A stretch of 63,949 nt of DNA, counting the filler, from Limisphaerales bacterium (GTDB lineage: Bacteria; Verrucomicrobiota; Verrucomicrobiia; Limisphaerales; SIBE01): assembly GCA_044225505.1 (NCBI GenBank). It is 5 parts of 5 records of this genome, joined end to end, with 100 filler letters (N's around TTAATTAATTAA, not from the genome) between each part and the next. Parts side by side here need not be neighbours in the genome. Positions count along the whole stretch, not along the records: positions 58,653 to 61,449 come from JBGAIN010000333.1; positions 61,550 to 63,949 come from JBGAIN010000337.1; 3 more parts are not named here. One strand, 5' to 3'. Positions 58,653-63,949 of the stretch are shown here, one piece after another (the stretch's first letter is position 1; each line of letters starts with the position of its first letter). A program made the position numbers and the translations under genes. A model generated the notes under the pieces. The model ran no database searches, had not been told where the DNA came from, and saw only the letters and a list, made by a program, of their open reading frames with translations.

Positions 58653-60461
58653 GGTCGCGCGATGCGCAGGCATTGTGCGTTTGAGCAACTCGACTCGGTC
58701 TGGAGGCAAGCTGGGCAGCCAATCGCTATTGAGATAGACTTGACCGCTCAACGCAACCCAAGTGGTCAGGAGTTGGGCTTGACGAAGAGGAATGCTAGAT
58801 CGGACATAGCATGGGTCCGGGTCATTCCACCAAAAGCGCCCGTGCAAGAAGTAGAGCCGGGTGCCTCGGACGGGACCGGTCACCAATGAGCCACTTTCAT
58901 TCTTGCTAATTTCTTCTCGATAATCGCGCCAGCGCTGGCCGTTATCCGGCCCGATGCGCATTGCGTCCACAAGGCCAATAGAACCAGCGAGCGAGCGCAT
59001 GTTCTGGCTTAGGTTACAGCCGGAAAAGAAGACGTCAGGGCCGGCCGCGTCGCGCAATGACTTTAGCCCATCGCGCATGATTTCGATGTTCGTCTTTTTA
59101 GAGTCGTGAAACGCGGCGTTGTCGCCCATGGCATCGTCGTGGTAACCATCATTCACGTAAATCTGGGCGGTTCCGGTGCCTGTCCACAGACCATCCATCT
59201 TGAAATAATTCACCCCCCACGAGTGGATGGTCCGGACCATATCCGCCAGATACGTGCGAACCTCCGGTTGCGAAAGATCGAACGACGTATTACCCCAGGC
59301 AGTTTCATAGGGTTTCCCGTCCTGGCGTTTCAGAAACCAGTGCTGACGGTCTTTAAATTCGGGATCAAGATGGTCTCCGGCGAAAGGTAAGAACCAAAGG
59401 CCAGTGGTCAGCCCGAGGTGGGCGAGTTTCTCCGACACTCCACGGACGCCATGCGCATAGGGGCCGTCCGGTTTGACCCGATAGAAGCGGCGGGCGGGAC
59501 CATTCCGCTCCTGACCATCCTGCCATTTGTCGTCAATTTGAATGAAAGAAAACCCAAAGGGTTTAAGCTCTTTCGCCGCCCAGTGCGCCAGCTCGACGAT
59601 TGAGGATTCATCTGCCGCACCGCCATGGACGTCCGAATACCAGGTGCAATAACCTGTCGGCTGCGGGTGCAGTCGAATGGCATATTGCTTCGCAACGGCG
59701 TCCGCGTATTCTTCCTGCCCGAGTCGCGCGTCCTCGAAGATTCCGATTGCCAGTGTTTCCAATGGGCACAGCGCGGCGGGGGCCACGAGTCGATGCCCGT
59801 GGTCGATCTGCGCTCGCAATGCGATCCGATCTTGTTTGATCGAGCTGAACAGCACGCCACTCCCTTTATCTTGAGTGAGCCAGCCGGTGACTACTCCATG
59901 ACGCGAGCTTGGATCTGCCACCGTGAGAAACAGGTAGCTGCCAGGGTTGGCGTCCAGGGCCGTCAGACCGGCGGTTCCCATTGCTCGAAGGGTCGCGACC
60001 GGCTTTCCTAGGTCCACGCTGAACTGGACTGGGATTACGCTTCGAAAGTCAGCTTCGGCTTGATCCGAATTACGCAAGGCTGTTCGGATGAGCAGGAAGG
60101 GCAGGCCGGGATAAAGTTCAAGCGCGGAATGCGAGCCGTTGTGATAATTCACTCGGATCTGCTGACCGTCCCCAAAGATAGGATCACTCACGGAATGGGT
60201 CTGAGCATCCGCGACCGGACGGTCCAGCAGTTGACCGACAACCGTCCCTTGGGCAGCGCGGTCTTTCAGTTCAAACCGGTGAGATGCCAGATCGAAGCTG
60301 GCGATGAGCGCCACATTCTCGATGCGGACGATCTGTGGCTCAGACTGAGCGTGAGCCGTCGCCGCCAGAAAGATCAGGGCCAGGGAAACCCAACGTGAAA
60401 TAGAGCTAGAGCAAAAACCAAAGGCGACAGTTGTTAGGTGCGGTTTGGATACGAGCGGCAT
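58653..60461 (-). CDS. Secreted alpha-galactosidase-like glycoside hydrolase (GH36/GH27 clan), 3' truncated
   Basis: GYCTWY, IQIDDKWQ, YFKMDG, MRIGPD and NDPD motifs; signal peptide. Confidence 0.85.
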
Positions 60462-60572
60462 AGGGCCGATTCTGCCTCCCTCGCCACCGTGTCGTCGAGC
60501 GATACTTACCCTCGCCTCGAGCCGGTGCCGCGGATAGCGCGCAACCGGGCATAACGCCTTCGTTTCCGACCT

Positions 60573-61187
60573 TTACCGAGCTCCTCGAGTCCAAACCTTT
60601 CCATCGGTGAATCCCACTTCGGTCACCTCCACCTTCATCCGACGGGCAGTTTGCGGCATATAAAAAGCGGGTTGTTCGAGTTGCATCGTCGATTGGCCGG
60701 CGAGCGGGGGTTCTATCTGCCGTCGCGTTGTCCATTCGCCAAGCTTGGTTCCTTGCACGTCCAAATAGATCAAGCGCATGGTGACGTTCTTGATGGCGGT
60801 GGGCGCGGCGTTCGTGAGGGAGAGGCTGACGTCCTGCAATGACTCCCGCGGGTTGGGCCGAACCGGTTTCGAGTCGATGATCAAGGGTACGGGATTGGCA
60901 CCTTCAGCGCCACTCTCGACCGTTTCTCCTGCCTCGGCCTCAGCGACCGGTTTTTCCGAGGAGGCACCGCTTATGGCTGACGTCTTAGCAGCTGCTACAG
61001 GCGTGGAGACCACGCGCACGTTTGGTTGCGCCATCGCGGGGTGCGGCGCGGTGGCGGGAGTCGGAGTGGGTTGCGGGGCGATCTTTTGAGTGAGTTTACG
61101 GGCGCTGTAAACCTGTGCCTTTGTGAGGGATGCCCAACAAAAGAGGCTGAGGAATGTTGCCGTCAGCCAAAAGGTTCGGATTTTCAT
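60573..61187 (-). CDS. Secreted hypothetical protein with Pro/Ala linker and FxLYD-like C-terminal domain
   Basis: Signal peptide, low-complexity linker and LTN...IYLD..G..LG pattern. Confidence 0.7.
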   Translation of the reverse strand: MKIRTFWLTATFLSLFCWASLTKAQVYSARKLTQKIAPQPTPTPATAPHPAMAQPNVRVVSTPVAAAKTSAISGASSEKPVAEAEAGETVESGAEGANPVPLIIDSKPVRPNPRESLQDVSLSLTNAAPTAIKNVTMRLIYLDVQGTKLGEWTTRRQIEPPLAGQSTMQLEQPAFYMPQTARRMKVEVTEVGFTDGKVWTRGAR

Positions 61188-61449
61188 GAGTCGATTGTGT
61201 GATCTGTTTTAAGGTCTGTTAGCTGCCATAGCCCTGCGTGCTTGGGACTATGGTGCCGGTGTTTCGAAGAAAAGCACTTCCTGGGCCCGATTGCCTGATC
61301 ATCGGAGATTCTGCCTGTGCTTTCGAACGCACAACGTCAAATGCCGGCGTCCAGGCCAGCTCCAAGCGGTGATGGAGCAAAGTCGTTGCGCCGCCGCTGC
61401 ACCCCGCCAAGGACTCAAGCCACGTTCGATGTTGCGTCGTTCCCGGCCT

Positions 61450-61549
61450 NNNNNNNNNNNNNNNNNNNNNNNNNNNNNNNNNNNNNNNNNNNNTTAATTA
61501 ATTAANNNNNNNNNNNNNNNNNNNNNNNNNNNNNNNNNNNNNNNNNNNN
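61450..61549. other. Synthetic contig linker
   Basis: N44-TTAATTAATTAA-N44. Confidence 0.97.
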
Positions 61550-62540
61550 GATAATTCAGCTTTTCGAGCGATTGCAAACAGATCTCCAGGGTGCGTTCGC
61601 CGTTATAGCTGGCGACCACGACTGAGACGGACGGATAGCGCGGCAATCGAAAATAGGGAGCGTGCGCGAACTGGCGTTGAATTACGAAAAACGATGGTTT
61701 CGGTGAGCGATCCGCGGTTGTAAGACCAAAAGCCCAATCGACAACCTGCGCTCCTTCCTTATACCAATCGTCGGTGAAGCTATAAACAACAGCCCCCGCC
61801 AGTCCGCCGCGAAAACAGAGCTCGATCTGCCAGGATAGAATCTCACACTTCGTTTCCTCGCCTTCCCGCAAGCTATCGATACCGAATTCGCCGAGAATCA
61901 GCGGTTTGGAATCGGCGATCATCTGCAAACGGTTGAGGTAATTCTCCAGCGGCCTGGGATTGTGCAGATAAACGTTGTAGCAGACAAAGTCGGCGTTCTG
62001 GGCTTTTAGAAATTCGGTGGGCGGATAATTGCCAAACGTGCAAAGGCAGGACGGGTCCACCGCTTTCACCACCTCGACCAGTTCCTCGATGAAACCGCAA
62101 ATCTCTCCGGCACCACTCCAGCGCACCACATCGGGCGGGATTTCGTTGACGACGCTCAGCGCGAAGACGGCCGGATGCCGGGCGCACGATTCGGCAGCTT
62201 TGCGCACCGCAGCGATGGCTTCAGCCCGAGTCTCCTCCGAATCCAAAAAGCAGAGATGCTTGTTCCACGGAACGTCCACCAACACTCTCAAGTCGTGCTC
62301 GAGCGCCAGGTCGAGAAACCAGACCGGCGGGGTGTAGTACACTCTCAGGACATTGGCGCCCAGTTCCGTCAGCAAGCGGAAATCCGAGACGGTCCGCTCC
62401 ATCGAGGCAAAAAATTCGCCCTGGCTGTTCGGCGCGAAAGGCCCGTAGGTGACTCCTTTTACGTAGAACTTACTCCCGTTCAACCGCAAGAATTTCCCGT
62501 CAACCTCGACCCGAGATTTGTTGTTTGCTGAAGCTGGCAC
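61550..62540 (-). CDS. GH2-like (clan A) TIM barrel fused to a GT2 glycosyltransferase, 3' truncated
   Basis: KGVTYGPF, GANVLRVY, VNEIP and LGEFG, followed by SVVVASYN...CLQSL (GT2 start). Confidence 0.85.
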
Positions 62541-62678
62541 CTGCTTGCGGCCCGCGCGCGGAGCGACCCAATTGATCTGCGCCCCACGTTGGGACCACCG
62601 GAGGAGTTGACCTTACGCCCTCCGGCGTGTCAAACGTCACGAGGGCTTAATTTCGAGCCACGTTCTGTCGATAAACCA

Positions 62679-63949
62679 TTGATCGACCGTAAACTTACAG
62701 CGCTGGCGGTATGGTTCGGAAGGGCTCTGCCGAGCCTGTGTGTTTGCCTTTTGCTTCGTTTTTCGTTGTCGCTTCTCGGGGCTTCCCAAAATGATGCGAC
62801 CGAAGTGCGCGGAAGAGTCCTGAGTTCAGGACCCGCCGGTCACATGGTGATTCAAACGCCAGAGCGAAATCTTAAGATTGAGTCGTCAAACACCAACGAG
62901 GTCGCGCCGGGAATCCTGATCAACGCTGTTGGACAACTTTCCGTTCGGGAGGGAGAAGAGATTCTGACCAATGCCACCTTCCAACGCATTGGATTTCCGC
63001 CGGCCAAGCCGAATCCAGGAGAGCCCGCTTACACAACGCTCGACTCAGTGCGAAAACTACCACCGGAGCAGGCTCGCCTCGGCCTGCCGGTCCGTACGCG
63101 TGGCGTGATCACCTATTATGACATCAATTGGCAGGTCTGTTTCGTTCAAGACCCGACTGCCGGGCTGTACGTCAACCTTGAAGGCCACCCCCTGGATATC
63201 GCCCAGGGCGAAGAGGTCGAACTGGAAGGGATCACCGGCCCCGGAGATTATGCGCCCGTCATTGACCGCCCCACGTTCAAACGCCTGGGCACCGCGCCGC
63301 CCCCGCCTTCGCGGCTCTTTACTGTTGAGGAACTGAGTTCCGGACGTTACGACAGCCAATGGCTCGAGGCACGAGGAATTGTCCGGTCGGTAACAACCGA
63401 TGACTCACATCTGTTTCTCCAGCTCTCCGGCAAGTCCGACAACTTTCGCGCGGTCATCCCCAACTATTACACTCGACCACCGCTTACCAATCTCCTTTTT
63501 TGCCGCGTCAAGGTCATGGGTGTTTGCGGCACAGATTTCAATGCGAAACGCCAATTAACGGGCATTCACATCTCGGTGCCTGATCCTTCGTACATCACGA
63601 TTGAAGAGCGGCCTTCGATCGATCCTTTCAGTTTGCCCATTCGCGCGAGCGACGACTTGCTGCGCTTTTCGGCCGGAGATTTGATCGACAGTCGAACCCG
63701 CGTTAAGGGGGAGATCACTTTAGCCGACAACTCCAACGAATTCTTTCTACAGGACGGGCACGGAGGCCTGCGCGTGATCTCTGTGGAACCTATCCGGGTT
63801 CAAGTGGGTGACGAAGTGGAAGCGGTCGGGTTCCCTGTGGCCAGGCGCGGGATCGCCACTCTCCGCCATGCGATCATCCGCCGAACCGGTGAAGGGATCG
63901 GTGTTGTCGTTCAAGACACAATCGCTTCCTCCATCATGACTCCGGACAC
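62679..63949 (+). CDS. N-terminal extracellular OB-fold-repeat region of a probable sensor histidine kinase; runs off the window
   Basis: Not in the ORF track because it has no stop codon. TTG start and signal peptide (MIDRKLTALAVWFG...), then YTTLDSVRKLPPEQARLGLPVRTRGVITY...FVQDPTAGLYV and a second FLQDGHGGLRV repeat, typical of verrucomicrobial sensors. No kinase domain is visible in the window. Confidence 0.7.
   Translation, partial: MIDRKLTALAVWFGRALPSLCVCLLLRFSLSLLGASQNDATEVRGRVLSSGPAGHMVIQTPERNLKIESSNTNEVAPGILINAVGQLSVREGEEILTNATFQRIGFPPAKPNPGEPAYTTLDSVRKLPPEQARLGLPVRTRGVITYYDINWQVCFVQDPTAGLYVNLEGHPLDIAQGEEVELEGITGPGDYAPVIDRPTFKRLGTAPPPPSRLFTVEELSSGRYDSQWLEARGIVRSVTTDDSHLFLQLSGKSDNFRAVIPNYYTRPPLTNLLFCRVKVMGVCGTDFNAKRQLTGIHISVPDPSYITIEERPSIDPFSLPIRASDDLLRFSAGDLIDSRTRVKGEITLADNSNEFFLQDGHGGLRVISVEPIRVQVGDEVEAVGFPVARRGIATLRHAIIRRTGEGIGVVVQDTIASSIMTPD

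Overview
About 64 kb of a GC-rich bacterial draft genome. The gene families (PVC-type heme-binding dehydrogenase, OB-fold-repeat sensor N-terminus, C-terminal 'YFRL' domain) suggest Verrucomicrobiota; this is an inference. The window is five contig pieces joined by four synthetic N44-TTAATTAATTAA-N44 linkers, so adjacency across those joins is not biological. Most content is housekeeping or metabolic: SNF2 helicase, radical SAM, yhbY, apgM, rsmB, thrS, bioB, parB, def, PGM/PMM, a lone nuoA, M13 peptidase, gltA, yajC-secDF-terC-recJ-ispD-ctpA, fba, a sugar ABC ATPase, ccsA and two GH36-like enzymes. Mobile and decayed DNA comprises the 3' end of an ISAs1 element that appears to interrupt a gene, an IS1634 element, a heavily decayed REC-PP2C pseudogene and a REP-like doublet. 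I saw no rRNA, tRNA or CRISPR array, and no clearly novel multi-gene system. The best leads are a palindromic array of 11-bp repeats at about 52.6 kb, a TerC gene inside the secDF operon, a SET methyltransferase directly upstream of citrate synthase, a protein made of a duplicated unknown domain, a GH2-like/GT2 fusion, and small unannotated ORFs. All product calls come from motif recognition by eye; no database searches were run.
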